From positions 1-64,000 of the IMG/VR virus record IMGVR_UViG_3300031715_000003: DNA of 64,000 bases. One strand, written 5' to 3'. Of the stretch, positions 20,138 to 30,362 are shown in pieces. How positions within the stretch are numbered: position 1 is the stretch's first letter; each line of letters opens with the position of its first letter. The notes beneath the pieces are model-generated. The model searched no databases. It was given only the letters and a program-made list of their open reading frames with translations, and was not told where the DNA came from. The DNA is from a virus. Both the position numbers and the translations under genes were made by a program.

Positions 20138-20560
20138 TCACAGGGCATCGGAATCCTCCTTCGGCTCTACCAGCATTTTCATTTTCTTGATGATGTCGCC
20201 AGCGGGAAGCATCTTTTCCTCCCGCGCTGGCTCCTCCAGTTTCTTCTTCGCCTCCAGTTCGGCCAAGTATGCCGCTTCGGAATCATCAGCCGTGAATCCA
20301 GGGGTCTCCAGGCAACTGGCCTCAATTCCATCCGCCGGCGGCCAGCGCCAGCAGAACAGTCCCCGGAACTCTACTGTCCCGCGCCACTCCCCTACTCGGT
20401 CGATCATGGTGCCGATGAGCCAATCGAGTTGCTCTTTGGTCGCCACCATCCGCTGAACCAGCCGCATTACCTCCGCTCGTCCTCCCTCGTCTCCGGGGAA
20501 GTACCGGAGCGCAGCTAAGCGCTCAACTGCTTTTTGGATTTCCATGGGCGTCGGTTTCAT
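20138..20560 (-). CDS. Hypothetical protein downstream of the initiator (possible helicase loader)
   Basis: ATGA-coupled to the initiator; the function is inferred from position only. Confidence 0.45.
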   Translation of the reverse strand: MKPTPMEIQKAVERLAALRYFPGDEGGRAEVMRLVQRMVATKEQLDWLIGTMIDRVGEWRGTVEFRGLFCWRWPPADGIEASCLETPGFTADDSEAAYLAELEAKKKLEEPAREEKMLPAGDIIKKMKMLVEPKEDSDAL

Positions 20561-21684
20561 TGCGGCTGATCCCTCATGAACAATTCGAAGGCTTTGGCGT
20601 TCGTGGTCTCGCTGTGGCTCGCCGATTTATCACGCCCATTCACAATGGCTTTGCGCTCCCATTGTCGCTCCCGCAAGTAGTTCCAAGGGCGTGGGACGAA
20701 CTTCACGGCGCGCTGGGACCACTCTGCAGATTGGAACCGCACGTTTCCCAAGCACGCTATACGCGCACCCATGTCCAGCGCAACCCACTCGGCGGCGCAT
20801 TTTTTCATGTCGTTCTCGGATAACGCAACACCGAGGCTCAGAAATACCCCTATCACGGTTTCAAAATGGCCGTCGTTCTGCGCGAGCATTGCTTCTTGAG
20901 CGGCAGGAGGATCAGCGGTTCTTGCGATAGAGTCCAACCATGCAACGGGGTTTGAGAGAAAAAGATCAATCGGGGAGTGAATTTTTGGAGGTTTTTGGAT
21001 CCTCTGATACAGACGTTCGAGTCCCGCCTGGAGGGTCGGGATGTCGGCTGGAAACGGCCTGAATCGCTCATGGAGCTTTGTGCGATCGCTCCCTCGCAAC
21101 CGTGGCAATCCGCTGGTGCGCCATTCGCGCTCCACGTCGAAGGCGTCGATAGTTTGCTCTGGCGCTACGCTGGCGGGAGCGTTCTCCCCCGATGTGTCTG
21201 GTTTTTCTTCTCGCGCGCGCGTAGAGGTTTTTTCTGTAGTTCTACTCTGAGAAGAACCAGATATAGAATCAGAATCAGAATCAAACGCGCGTGTTCGAAC
21301 ATTGTTCGAACATTGCTCAGAGGAGAACACGCCTGTTTTCTCTTGGTTAGCTCTCCTCGTCTGTCCAGATCGTTTTCCGGACCGCACACGCCGCGCATGT
21401 TTTTCCTCGATGGATGCGCGTTCGCGCTCTTGTCGCGGATTACGTCTTTTGCCGTCCTCCCCCAGGGGGAAACACGGCTCCACTCGGGCCCACTTTTTGG
21501 CGAAAGCCGTCGGCTCATCGCGGAAGCAACGTCTGATCTCCTCTGGGTCGGCCGGCAGGCCGTCGTTCATCCAAGCGTGGTTGAGGCAGCGGACGTAAAG
21601 GCCGAGTTCGCAGTCCTCCATAACGCGAACGCGCACATCTCCATCGAAATCGGCCGGGTACATCGGGTAGTATGGCAGGCTCAT
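20557..21684 (-). CDS. Replication initiator, YdaU/DUF1376-like N-terminus
   Basis: LPYYPMYPADF..D...GLYVRCL..W..GLP.D...RRNPRQ, followed by a low-complexity SDSDS linker that contains DNA repeats. Confidence 0.75.
   Translation of the reverse strand: MSLPYYPMYPADFDGDVRVRVMEDCELGLYVRCLNHAWMNDGLPADPEEIRRCFRDEPTAFAKKWARVEPCFPLGEDGKRRNPRQERERASIEEKHARRVRSGKRSGQTRRANQEKTGVFSSEQCSNNVRTRAFDSDSDSISGSSQSRTTEKTSTRAREEKPDTSGENAPASVAPEQTIDAFDVEREWRTSGLPRLRGSDRTKLHERFRPFPADIPTLQAGLERLYQRIQKPPKIHSPIDLFLSNPVAWLDSIARTADPPAAQEAMLAQNDGHFETVIGVFLSLGVALSENDMKKCAAEWVALDMGARIACLGNVRFQSAEWSQRAVKFVPRPWNYLRERQWERKAIVNGRDKSASHSETTNAKAFELFMRDQPQ
21262..21318. repeat. Iteron-like repeats inside the initiator gene (candidate origin)
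   Basis: AGAATC x3, then the palindrome TGTTCGAACA x2 in an 11-bp tandem with a degenerate third copy. Confidence 0.55.
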
Positions 21685-22121
21685 ACGGCTGCGCCTTCCT
21701 TTTCGAGCGAGAGTGCTTCCAGTTCGGCGTTTCGATTGAACTTTTTACCAGATCGGATCATCTCCGCAATAACCTCCGTGTGCAAGAGATACAGGTTTTT
21801 CATACCGATTCCAGGTCTTTGAACGGAGAGTATCCCCAAACGTTCCAGGATTTCTATATTGGCCATGACCTTTTCGGCGGTGGAAATCCCCAACAGCCTG
21901 TAGCAGATCAGGTTTACAGGAGCCTCTACCCACGGCTGGGATGTATCTACAGAGGCTTTCAGGGCGCGCATTTTCCGATTTGTAGCGCATTCGAAAACGT
22001 ACAAAATGGCCGCTAATCCGACGTCTCCGTAGAACAGGTCCATATAATCCTTCAGGATCACTGCGTACCTGTTTGTGCCTCGTTCGATGCAGGATTTTCT
22101 TACGCTTCTTCTCGAACTCAC
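21681..22121 (-). CDS. Putative winged-helix protein of the replication module
   Basis: AAILYVFE...LLGISTAEKV...LERLGIL pattern; AAGGAG SD. Confidence 0.5.
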   Translation of the reverse strand: MSSRRSVRKSCIERGTNRYAVILKDYMDLFYGDVGLAAILYVFECATNRKMRALKASVDTSQPWVEAPVNLICYRLLGISTAEKVMANIEILERLGILSVQRPGIGMKNLYLLHTEVIAEMIRSGKKFNRNAELEALSLEKEGAAV

Positions 22122-22317
22122 GGACGCTCCTTTTTCATGGCATCCAGTCCGATTGTTGAACTCCCTCGAAGTTTGGGATTGCGGAAGGGATCGGGGAACC
22201 TTTATAATTATAAAAGGTTCCGTCGGTCGGTCGGCTTCCGTTACAAGCCCAACGACTTCGAAGGGCGATCAGGTTTGGCCCTGGTTGCCCTTCCCGTTTT
22301 TAGCGGGAACATCCAAC

Positions 22318-22346
22318 AGTTTAAGCCCTTGTCATTACTCTGTCAA
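22318..22346 (-). promoter_or_regulatory. Strong sigma70-like promoter of the replication operon
   Basis: TTGACA-17-TAAACT on the - strand. Confidence 0.7.
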
Positions 22347-22724
22347 GATCCATCTTGGGGGAGTTCACTTTTGCTTCCATTCCCGAAGCAGCACGCCGGC
22401 GAAGGGAACGCGCTCGAGTAGTTCAGCATCGGCTTCATCCCACGCGATGAGGCACACCTGTCGCATCCGGTAGGTCGATTCACCAGCGTGTCCTCACCAT
22501 TGGCTCACTGGCGTAGCGTGTTATGCCGCCATCTGGGTTAACCAGAGCCACCATACCCTGACGCATAGAAGCCTCGATCTTGTCAAAGCGGGCGTCGGCG
22601 CTGGCGAAGCCTTCCTGTGGCCAAGATGCGACTACCCGCACGGGCGCGGAGGGACGACCACGGCGAACTACGCGCCACCTGCCGAACAGCCTCATGGCTA
22701 GGATTTCGCGAACGTCTATTTCCC

Positions 22725-22901
22725 TCATGATCGAGCCGTCTCCAGGTACTTCCGGCATATCTCCAAGCACTCATCGCAGATTCCGATTTTGTTGTCCAGC
22801 GGCGAGAAAAACAGGTAGTCGACGTCGTGCTGCAGCGCCCGGCAAAAGCTGCACATGGGTTCTTCGCCGTCTTCACGAGGGGAGAGCGTTGTTGGAGTCA
22901 T
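22725..22901 (-). CDS. Stand-alone ClpX-type C4 zinc finger protein
   Basis: CSFCRALQHDVDYLF...IGICDECLEIC matches the ClpX N-domain pattern CSFCG...V..L...ICDEC..C. Confidence 0.75.
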   Translation of the reverse strand: MTPTTLSPREDGEEPMCSFCRALQHDVDYLFFSPLDNKIGICDECLEICRKYLETARS

Positions 22902-23130
22902 CAGAACTCCAAGCAGTTGTCGTATGCTTGCACGAATTTGTAACGGTCCGCTTCTTTCGCTGGCTTTGGGGTGAATCGCCTCTCGCGGTATGTGTTCCCC
23001 CTGCCGCAGACCGGGCATTCGTGAATCTCGGTCATGTACCAATCCCGGCGGGGCGCGTCGGAGTCTGGGATCGACCCATCCGAATCGCGCCCCTTTTCAC
23101 CGTTGCCTATTGTGGCGTGGTGGTCTCGCG

Positions 23131-23370
23131 TCACGGCAGCACTCCTTGGGGGAGTTCCAGCAGAGCGTCACGCTCCGCAACTGCCTCTTCTAACTCGTGC
23201 TCATCTTCGAACGGCTCGCCGTTTTCTTTCACGACTCCGCAGCCTCCACAGGAAGGGCACTCCGAGCGGCCATAGTAGTACGCCACGCATTCCGTGTAGC
23301 CGTACCCGTGGCAGTCGGGGCACTTCTTCACGGTCGAACTCCCCAGCGGCCCATCAGCACGCCAAGCCAC
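23131..23370 (-). CDS. Small protein with CxxCxGxG zinc fingers
   Basis: CPDCHGYG...CPSCGGCG; start uncertain. Confidence 0.55.
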   Translation of the reverse strand: MAWRADGPLGSSTVKKCPDCHGYGYTECVAYYYGRSECPSCGGCGVVKENGEPFEDEHELEEAVAERDALLELPQGVLP

Positions 23371-23407
23371 AACAGGCAGGCGTCCACCATACTGCGCATC
23401 GTGTGTT

Positions 23408-23707
23408 TCATGGTCGTTGATGTCCGATCATGCCGTCCAGAGCCGCGTTGACGCGCTCCTCCGACAGAACTCCCGTTCCTTTGCATGGGCTGCACCGAAT
23501 GCGAAAGTCTCCTCCAGGGATCTCCCCTGAGCCTTGGCAGTCCGGACACGCCGAGTACGGATGCATGCTGCCCTGAACCCATGGTCTCGCTTTTTTGGCA
23601 GTCGCTAGGTTGGAGAAGCGGTTCAGGCTCCCGTCGGGGTGCCGCACGATGATGGGGTGACGCTGTTCGAATGTCATGGGGGAGTTCGCTCCTGAGTTTA
23701 TCATCAT
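23408..23707 (-). CDS. Small protein with CxxCxGxG zinc fingers
   Basis: CPDCQGSG...CSPCKGTG. Confidence 0.6.
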   Translation of the reverse strand: MMINSGANSPMTFEQRHPIIVRHPDGSLNRFSNLATAKKARPWVQGSMHPYSACPDCQGSGEIPGGDFRIRCSPCKGTGVLSEERVNAALDGMIGHQRP

Positions 23708-23975
23708 AATGACAGCGCGGCCATGCGCTCCAACTCGCGCTTGTCCTGCGCCTCCTCCGCAAGCATGATCCCGAGGACGATTCCTTGAGATACCGCAGTA
23801 GCTATGACGGAAACCTGGAGTGCGTTATCGATCCCAATGAAGTCCGTGAAGCATTTCTGGACAAATCCTATGGCCACCCGGCGCACGTCATCAGGGTTAT
23901 GGAATTTCGGAGGCGGAGGTACTCCACGGTCGAGCCATCCCTGGGCGACAGCGGCCATTTCCTCTTTGGTGGTTC

Positions 23976-24242
23976 TCATCGTGTAGTGAACTCCTTTTTG
24001 GGTTTTACGATCATGGCGTGGAACGCTCTCCCCACTGAATTAGCATCCCGTATTGCCTCATGTTCCTGGGGGAGAACGTCTTGGTACACGTATGTGGTTT
24101 TGCCGTGTCCCCTGAAACTGCATTTCTCGCAGGCCGCCCCTTTACACTCGGGACAGGCGAAGCGAGCCTCAAGCGTTCTCCCCTCGGGATCGTAGGCGAG
24201 GGAGAACACATTCGAACTTTTAACGCGCTCGTGCTGGATCAT
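23976..24242 (-). CDS. KTSC-domain protein with a zinc-finger insertion
   Basis: VKSSNVFSLAYDP...LEARF [CPECKG..CEKC] ..YVYQDV...A.SVGRAFH. Confidence 0.75.
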   Translation of the reverse strand: MIQHERVKSSNVFSLAYDPEGRTLEARFACPECKGAACEKCSFRGHGKTTYVYQDVLPQEHEAIRDANSVGRAFHAMIVKPKKEFTTR

Positions 24243-24727
24243 TTGGAAAACGATTCCTCCATTTCTCGTGTGGTGATGATGTGCTCGGCCATCTCAATGC
24301 CAGAGATAAGCCCGCTAGCGTAAGCCGCCGCCAGTACTGAGAGTCCATTTGTAAACATATCGGCTATCAGCCGTGGAAACATCTCCTTCATTAGACCGCT
24401 TTCCGCTATCGCCATGTGCCACTGGCGGCCCACATCCTCAGAATGCCCCCATGAACCCTCTGGAGCAGTTTCGGAAAATGCCAAGCACTTCTTGAACTCC
24501 TCAATGCTGATTGGCTTTACCATTCATCCTCCCCCTAGACCTGGGATACTCTACGATAACGCGCACCTTTACAACCTCCGAAGCCCCGTCTTCCAGAGCG
24601 CCTCGTTCTGCCTGTGCCCTTGTGTTGTACAGATCGGGCTTGCCGTTTTTACCAGTCACGTAAGCCCGTCCCTGCTTGTCTATTAGGCCCCACATATAAG
24701 CCTTTGCCGTCAACACCTTGTTGCTCA

Positions 24728-25615
24728 TTACCATTCGTCCTCCGGTATGGCTTGCGTCTTCGCTGATATCCGCGTTCCAAAATCCCGTTTGCCCACGGCA
24801 CCCTTGATTCCCAAGTCCACCGATTGCCGCTGCTTGGCCCAAGCAGTGAGAAGCGACTGCGCGGCCTCGCGCATCCTCCCCAGACCTTCATCTGGAAACA
24901 GTTCGGGATGATCCGCGATCGAGCGTAAAGCATCTCGAAGATCCGTAATCTCGGCTACCCAGGGCCGCGACGTGGAGAAGCCGGCGAGCCGTGGCGTAGT
25001 GGCGGGCAGGTTTTGGGGGAGTTCAAATTCAGCTTCCTGGATGATGGCTTCGGCTTTGATAGCGGCCTCCTGAACCATGAGGCGAGCTTCCCGGACTTCA
25101 CCTTGCCTCTTTTTCTTCGCGGCTTCCTCTGCGGCTTCGCGCTGGATTCGGGCCGCTTCCTCGCGGGCCTGGCGATCGCGCTCAGCTTGCTCGCGGAGGA
25201 TGCGCCGTTCCTCCTCATGCTGCTCGCGCTCCAGACGTTCCTGGTAGCGCTGGATTTTGAGGTCGAGTCCGGTACATGCGGGCCCGTGCTTCGCTCCTCC
25301 CTTGCAACCAGGAGCATCGGAACACCGCACCCGCATCGCCGCTTTGCAGTCGTCCATCAGCCCCAGGATCATCTTCCACGTCTTGTGGGCCGATTCCCGC
25401 ACTTCTCCGAGGCGCGAGTTGTCCACGATGGCTTCCCAGGCGGCTTGCCGCTGGCACATCTGAACGGCAATTTCGTAAGAGGTTTGGTCCTTCACTTCCA
25501 GCCGATGAGCAGTGTCGATAAAGTCCGGTGCATCCAGGGGGAGTTCGGGCGCTACGGTTAGGTCCAGAACCACCTTTGCGGGAGCGGTGTAACTAGGCAC
25601 GAGCATACTCCCCAA
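24728..25615 (-). CDS. Coiled-coil phage protein of the recombination module
   Basis: Long E/R/A-rich coiled coil, VKDQTSYEIA N-terminal motif and IKGAV C-terminal motif; lies near the nuclease. Confidence 0.55.
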   Translation of the reverse strand: MGSMLVPSYTAPAKVVLDLTVAPELPLDAPDFIDTAHRLEVKDQTSYEIAVQMCQRQAAWEAIVDNSRLGEVRESAHKTWKMILGLMDDCKAAMRVRCSDAPGCKGGAKHGPACTGLDLKIQRYQERLEREQHEEERRILREQAERDRQAREEAARIQREAAEEAAKKKRQGEVREARLMVQEAAIKAEAIIQEAEFELPQNLPATTPRLAGFSTSRPWVAEITDLRDALRSIADHPELFPDEGLGRMREAAQSLLTAWAKQRQSVDLGIKGAVGKRDFGTRISAKTQAIPEDEW

Positions 25616-26476
25616 CGGCCTCTACCGTGGCCTGACGTGCGCGTCCACGTCGGCGCATCTCTGCCAGCACCATCGGGATGATGCGATAGAGGCGCGCGCG
25701 GCCTTGCGTTTCCTCTCTGAGATCGTGCTGGCAGAGCCCCAACCTATTGAAGGCCCGCTCTGCGTCCACCGCTCCAGGTAAGAGCCTAGCCTCAGTATAG
25801 TGGTTGGACGTACCGCAACCATCAAACCCTGCCCTAAGGGAATGGTCAGCCGTGACGATTCCTATGAAGCAGCAGCAGGAATTGAAATGTAGCCGTCCGC
25901 TGCGTGCGTGTGCCAGTAGCCACGTAAGCCGCTCATCAGTGTAAATGTACTCCCCGTCAGCATGGCGCTGCTGCATAAAGGCGCGAAGTATCTGCTTCTG
26001 CTCTCGTAGCCATTCTCGTCGAGTTGTCATCATCATTCGGTCGGTCATATTATGCTTTTCTGTGTACTTGTCGTGGATCTAGACGCTTTGTGTTGCTTAG
26101 TGCAAATCGGGCAGACTTCGCGTCTTGGGCTGACGCATGCTCGGCAACGTGGGCATATCCATCCGACTTCTTGGCCTGCTATCGTCTCCAGTTTTGCTCC
26201 GCATCTTGTGCAAAACTTGGGAACGTACGGTAGCCGTAGGGAACTAGATTTACCGCAGCGCTGACACGGGTATTCTACGAAGTCTCGTTCATTACTCATA
26301 ATTTAGGTTCTCCTATTGTGCCGTTTCCTGTGTCATCCGCAATGCCTCCACGACTTGGGAAGCGTCTAATACGAGAGCATCGCCAGTCATCGCGATAAGT
26401 CTTTCGGTGCTGATGTCTGGCTCGGCGGCCTCTATCTCGTCCCACTTGGCCCGCACGCGTTCGGCAGTCTTCAATT

Positions 26477-27196
26477 TCATTCCCGTTCTCCCCCTGATAG
26501 TTGTGCGTATCCCGGGCCCGTCAATCCGTACTCCATGCGGGCGTTGTAGCAATTCAATGCGCTCCTGAACAGCGTAGTCCAGTAGGTATCATCATACGGC
26601 CTCCCCTTGGGCGTCTCATAAAACGGCTTGTATCGCCCGTCCTTCGACAGTCGCAGCGCCATTTTCTTTAGCACCACGCCAGGGCTCACAAGCGGATGCA
26701 GGGAGTAGCCCTTGCACGGTTTACCTCGCCTAATGAGGAGTTCGTAACCGGCCAATTGTGCGCCCACCAGTACGGGCACCTCGCCAGACTTTATATCCAC
26801 TAGCCGCATGATTGGATCGTCCCCGCAGAAACCAAGACAGTCCAACATCCCGGCAAATCCCCATATAGGATCGATCAGGGCTACTTCCCAGCAGATTCCG
26901 CGAAACTTTTCTTTGCGGCAGAAATCAGAGAACGCTGGCCAGTAGCCTGTCTCAATGTCGTGCGCGGCCTCTAGGATTTCCTCGGCGGGGTTGGGGGGGA
27001 GTTCCAAAGTGGGCTCCCCCCCCCCGTCTATCACGGCGCATCCATCGTGCACGGCTTTGCCGCGGTAGCGATGGACAGGCTCCGCGAAACTGTAGTCGCT
27101 GTAGAGCCCCATGTGGCGCAGGATTTCGGTGTTGGACGGAAGCGCTCTTCCATCCGCAAGGTAGTCGTGCCGCACGGGATCAAATACGAGGGTCAT
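26477..27196 (-). CDS. PD-(D/E)xK exonuclease-like protein
   Basis: FDPVRHDY..G..LPSNTEIL, RGKAVH, FAGMLD, LVDIKSG, QLAGY. Confidence 0.8.
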   Translation of the reverse strand: MTLVFDPVRHDYLADGRALPSNTEILRHMGLYSDYSFAEPVHRYRGKAVHDGCAVIDGGGEPTLELPPNPAEEILEAAHDIETGYWPAFSDFCRKEKFRGICWEVALIDPIWGFAGMLDCLGFCGDDPIMRLVDIKSGEVPVLVGAQLAGYELLIRRGKPCKGYSLHPLVSPGVVLKKMALRLSKDGRYKPFYETPKGRPYDDTYWTTLFRSALNCYNARMEYGLTGPGYAQLSGGERE

Positions 27197-27807
27197 ATGC
27201 GCGTGTGGAACTTCGGATATATCAACTTCTCCCAGATGGGACCCGCTGAGCACTTCTGATGCCCGTTTCCCTTCCGCCAAACGTGCGTCATCCCCTGAAA
27301 TACAGGCATCCATTCCGGCTTGTCCCCGGCAGCACAATACGAGCACATGACCGCCGCAGCGTCCCGCAGAATGCGTTCTTGTTCCGAAATCGTAACGTTG
27401 GGGACTTGGTTGCTCATCGCTCCCTCCTCGCCCTATCCAAATGCTCAGGCCAGCGATTCAGCCGCAAGCGTGCTCCCCCGCAGCAGTCCACCACCTGGAA
27501 CACGGCAGCACGCCGGTAGTCCACTCCACGGCTCAACAACCGCAGGGTAGAACGCTTCCAACTCTTATGCGCGATCGCTACCAGGCCGGTGAGCCCGAGG
27601 AGCGCCAGCAATGGCCTGGCTCCGGACCAAAGGATTTCGAGAAACGTTCGGTCGCTCATTTCGTGGTAGCCTTCTTGCGCCTTCTCCGCTCACGCTGGTA
27701 GTCGCGCATTGCTTGACGGCACGGTTCACAGGCGCATCCGCTGGTGTATCCGGTGATGGTCCCGTGGTGCCTAGCGTTGAAACGCTTGAACGATCTGTAG
27801 GGAGTTT

Positions 27808-28764
27808 TCATTTTGCCGTGACCGTCTTCCCCTTGGGAATCAACTTAAGCGCTTCTTCGGCGGAAGTGTTCTCCCAGTCAATAGCGACCTCCCTCATGGA
27901 TACGCCACAGTCGCGGAGTGCGGCAGCGCAATCTTTGGACAGTCGACAAGCCTTGAGAAATGCCAGCATATCGGGCGCATCGCATTCTGGCAGAAACTCA
28001 ATCAAATCCACGGCGCAATCGCTGTATTGCTGTTCGGCGGCTGCTATTGCGGCTTCCTTAAGTTCGTTGCGTCCTTCCGGCCATGTGGCCAATTTCTTCA
28101 TCAGTTTGGCCCAGCCCTGTCGCACTTCTTTGCCGAACTTCCTCTGCTCCTCAAGGATTCTCCCACTATGCAATTCGATTAATGGGGGGAGAAGCCTCAG
28201 CACCTTGTCGTAGCGCGTATCTGGCGGTTTGACAAACTCGTCCCCGCCCATAAGCCCCGTTAAAAACTCCTGGAAGCGCTGGCGTATTTCAGCCCGATCC
28301 ATCTTGCGATTCTGGCCCATAAAGGTGACGTACTCCGATAGGGCTGCTGCTTGAGTCGAGGGGGAGTCCGCTTTTACCACGAAAGGATTGCCCGGTTTTT
28401 CGCCCTCCACCGGGCCGGAGGTAGGAGGTGCACCGTTCGCCGAATGGGCTTCAGCGGACGGGCCCCGCGAACTCGCTACATTGCGTTGCGCCTGTTGCCG
28501 GAACGCGGCATCGGATCGGTCTCCGCGCTCCTCGGCCCGCACATTGGCACCAGAGCGGTAGTCCTCGATGTCGCGCTCCACGTCGCGCAGGCACATGGCG
28601 TAGAGTTCCAGACCGATCTCCTCTTCCTCGGCTTTGGAGCATTGCGTCTTGCGCGAAGAGAATACGTCGGCGGTCTGGTAGTTGCCCAGGTTGAGCTTGC
28701 GCGAGAATGAGCGCGTCACTTCGATGTAGGCATCTTGGGGGATCATCGCCAATCTTCTCTCCAA
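27808..28764 (-). CDS. Hypothetical protein of the recombination module
   Basis: 318 aa ORF; SRKLNLGNYQT N-terminal motif. Confidence 0.55.
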   Translation of the reverse strand: MERRLAMIPQDAYIEVTRSFSRKLNLGNYQTADVFSSRKTQCSKAEEEEIGLELYAMCLRDVERDIEDYRSGANVRAEERGDRSDAAFRQQAQRNVASSRGPSAEAHSANGAPPTSGPVEGEKPGNPFVVKADSPSTQAAALSEYVTFMGQNRKMDRAEIRQRFQEFLTGLMGGDEFVKPPDTRYDKVLRLLPPLIELHSGRILEEQRKFGKEVRQGWAKLMKKLATWPEGRNELKEAAIAAAEQQYSDCAVDLIEFLPECDAPDMLAFLKACRLSKDCAAALRDCGVSMREVAIDWENTSAEEALKLIPKGKTVTAK

Positions 28765-29132
28765 TCTGGTTCCTGCGCGGTTCCTTTCGATTGCGTTCTC
28801 CCCTCATATTTGGCCCAGCCACGATTGGGGAGTAAGTTTCCATCCTCGGTCTTGCGCTTCGCGAACAAGCCGCCTCCGTGTCGCAATTGCCCGAAGCTCA
28901 GCCGTGCTCCACACTCGCCACATCCGAGTTCGTAGTAATCGCAGTCCTCTCCCTTTTTGTCTTTAGCAACGCGGTGGCGGTACTGGAGATTGGTTTTGTT
29001 GCACATTCCACAGGCGGAATCAGCCCCGAAAGTGGCTTCCAGTTCCGCGATCTGTTTCCACAGGGCTTTGTGAGTTTCGCCCGTTACCTGGAAGACGATT
29101 CTCCCATTGGAGGTTTTGTAAGTGGCGGTCAT
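28743..29132 (-). CDS. Zinc-binding phage protein
   Basis: CGMC...YYELGCGECGARLSFGQ; ATG at 29132. Confidence 0.6.
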   Translation of the reverse strand: MTATYKTSNGRIVFQVTGETHKALWKQIAELEATFGADSACGMCNKTNLQYRHRVAKDKKGEDCDYYELGCGECGARLSFGQLRHGGGLFAKRKTEDGNLLPNRGWAKYEGRTQSKGTAQEPDWREDWR

Positions 29133-30130
29133 CGGGGGAGTTCCTTTTCTAGTAGCTTGACCACACCTCTCATAACATCGCTGATGTGGCACATCGTGAG
29201 GATAAATAATACCATCATCATGAACGCAAGCAAAGTGAACGCTAAGGACGTGTCTGATGGTGTCGTGCAAGTATCCGCATTGGAGAGGAGTATTAAAAGG
29301 GACATGCATCTTCCTCCAGTGGTTGCGGCACCCGCACCGCGACGTTGATAGTGTCCATTCTCGTGCTCCCATCTTCGTTCACGCAAAATGAACACGCGGG
29401 ATCGGAATCCTCGACGTAGCAGCGGTTAGGCGTCTCGTCACCTTCCCAGTGACCGCCTCGAAGCTGCGCTGGTTCTCCCCCGGTGCGCCCGCAGTTGGGA
29501 CACGGCTTGGGCACTCCGCAAAAGTTGCACAGACCTCCGGTACTGACTTCGGCACCGCAGCGATAACAGACTACATTTACCGGAACTTGGGGCTGGTGTA
29601 CGCCAGCCCCTTCCGCCACGACAAGTTCGGCCGGCGTTCGCGCGTACAGTGTTTCCGGCACCCCTGCCGCAGAACTTTGTGCCGAGCCCGCACTTATGGA
29701 GGAAGAAGTTGCGGGCCCGGCCGTACAGGGGAGAGCGCACTCCCCTGAAGTCGCTTCCCGCAGAGCATCCGCCACCTTTTCGGCTAGGTGGCCGTACGGG
29801 AGAAATAGTTGCACAGAATCGCCGTGTTTCCCCGTGATATAGACAGCGGAGAACGGATGGTTGCAATCCGGGAAGTGGGTTACGGTGATGTCCGCAGCGT
29901 CCACGTTGAGGTACACATTGGTCGAAGTCATGCGCAGCACCTCGCAAATACTATTTGCTCCGTCATGAGGGCAGCCTTAGCCATTGCGCTGGCCGCATCC
30001 GTTGGGATTCCTTCGGCAATGGCCTGAAGTACTTCTATGTGAAGATCGTCCGCGAGAGAATGCGCGATTTCGTCGTCGTGTTTCTTTTTCCGGATCTCCT
30101 CTACGGCTTTTTCTATTTCTTCTAGCGTAA

Positions 30131-30319
30131 TCATGGTTTTGTCTCCTGGACGGCAGGAGCGCACTCCCCTCGGTGATGTCGCGGCTTATTCTTCTCAGCG
30201 AACTCCTTAGTGTACTTGCCGCAGGGACAGCGCTCCGTCCGTCTTTTTCGTCCTGGTCTCTTCCGTAGGGAGGCCAGATACCGAGCGGCCTCGCTACGTT
30301 TTTGCTTTTTCGTCATCAC
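30131..30319 (-). CDS. Small basic protein directly behind a promoter (candidate regulator)
   Basis: K/R-rich 62 aa with CPCG and a nearly leaderless start. Confidence 0.5.
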   Translation of the reverse strand: MMTKKQKRSEAARYLASLRKRPGRKRRTERCPCGKYTKEFAEKNKPRHHRGECAPAVQETKP

Positions 30320-30326
30320 GTTCCTT

Positions 30327-30362
30327 AGATAACATATCGCTTTTTTATCCGCTAGTCAAGAT
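30327..30362 (-). promoter_or_regulatory. Early promoter copy 2
   Basis: TTGACT-17-TATGTT with spacer GCGGATAAAAAAGCG shared with the promoter at 36.33 kb. Confidence 0.75.
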
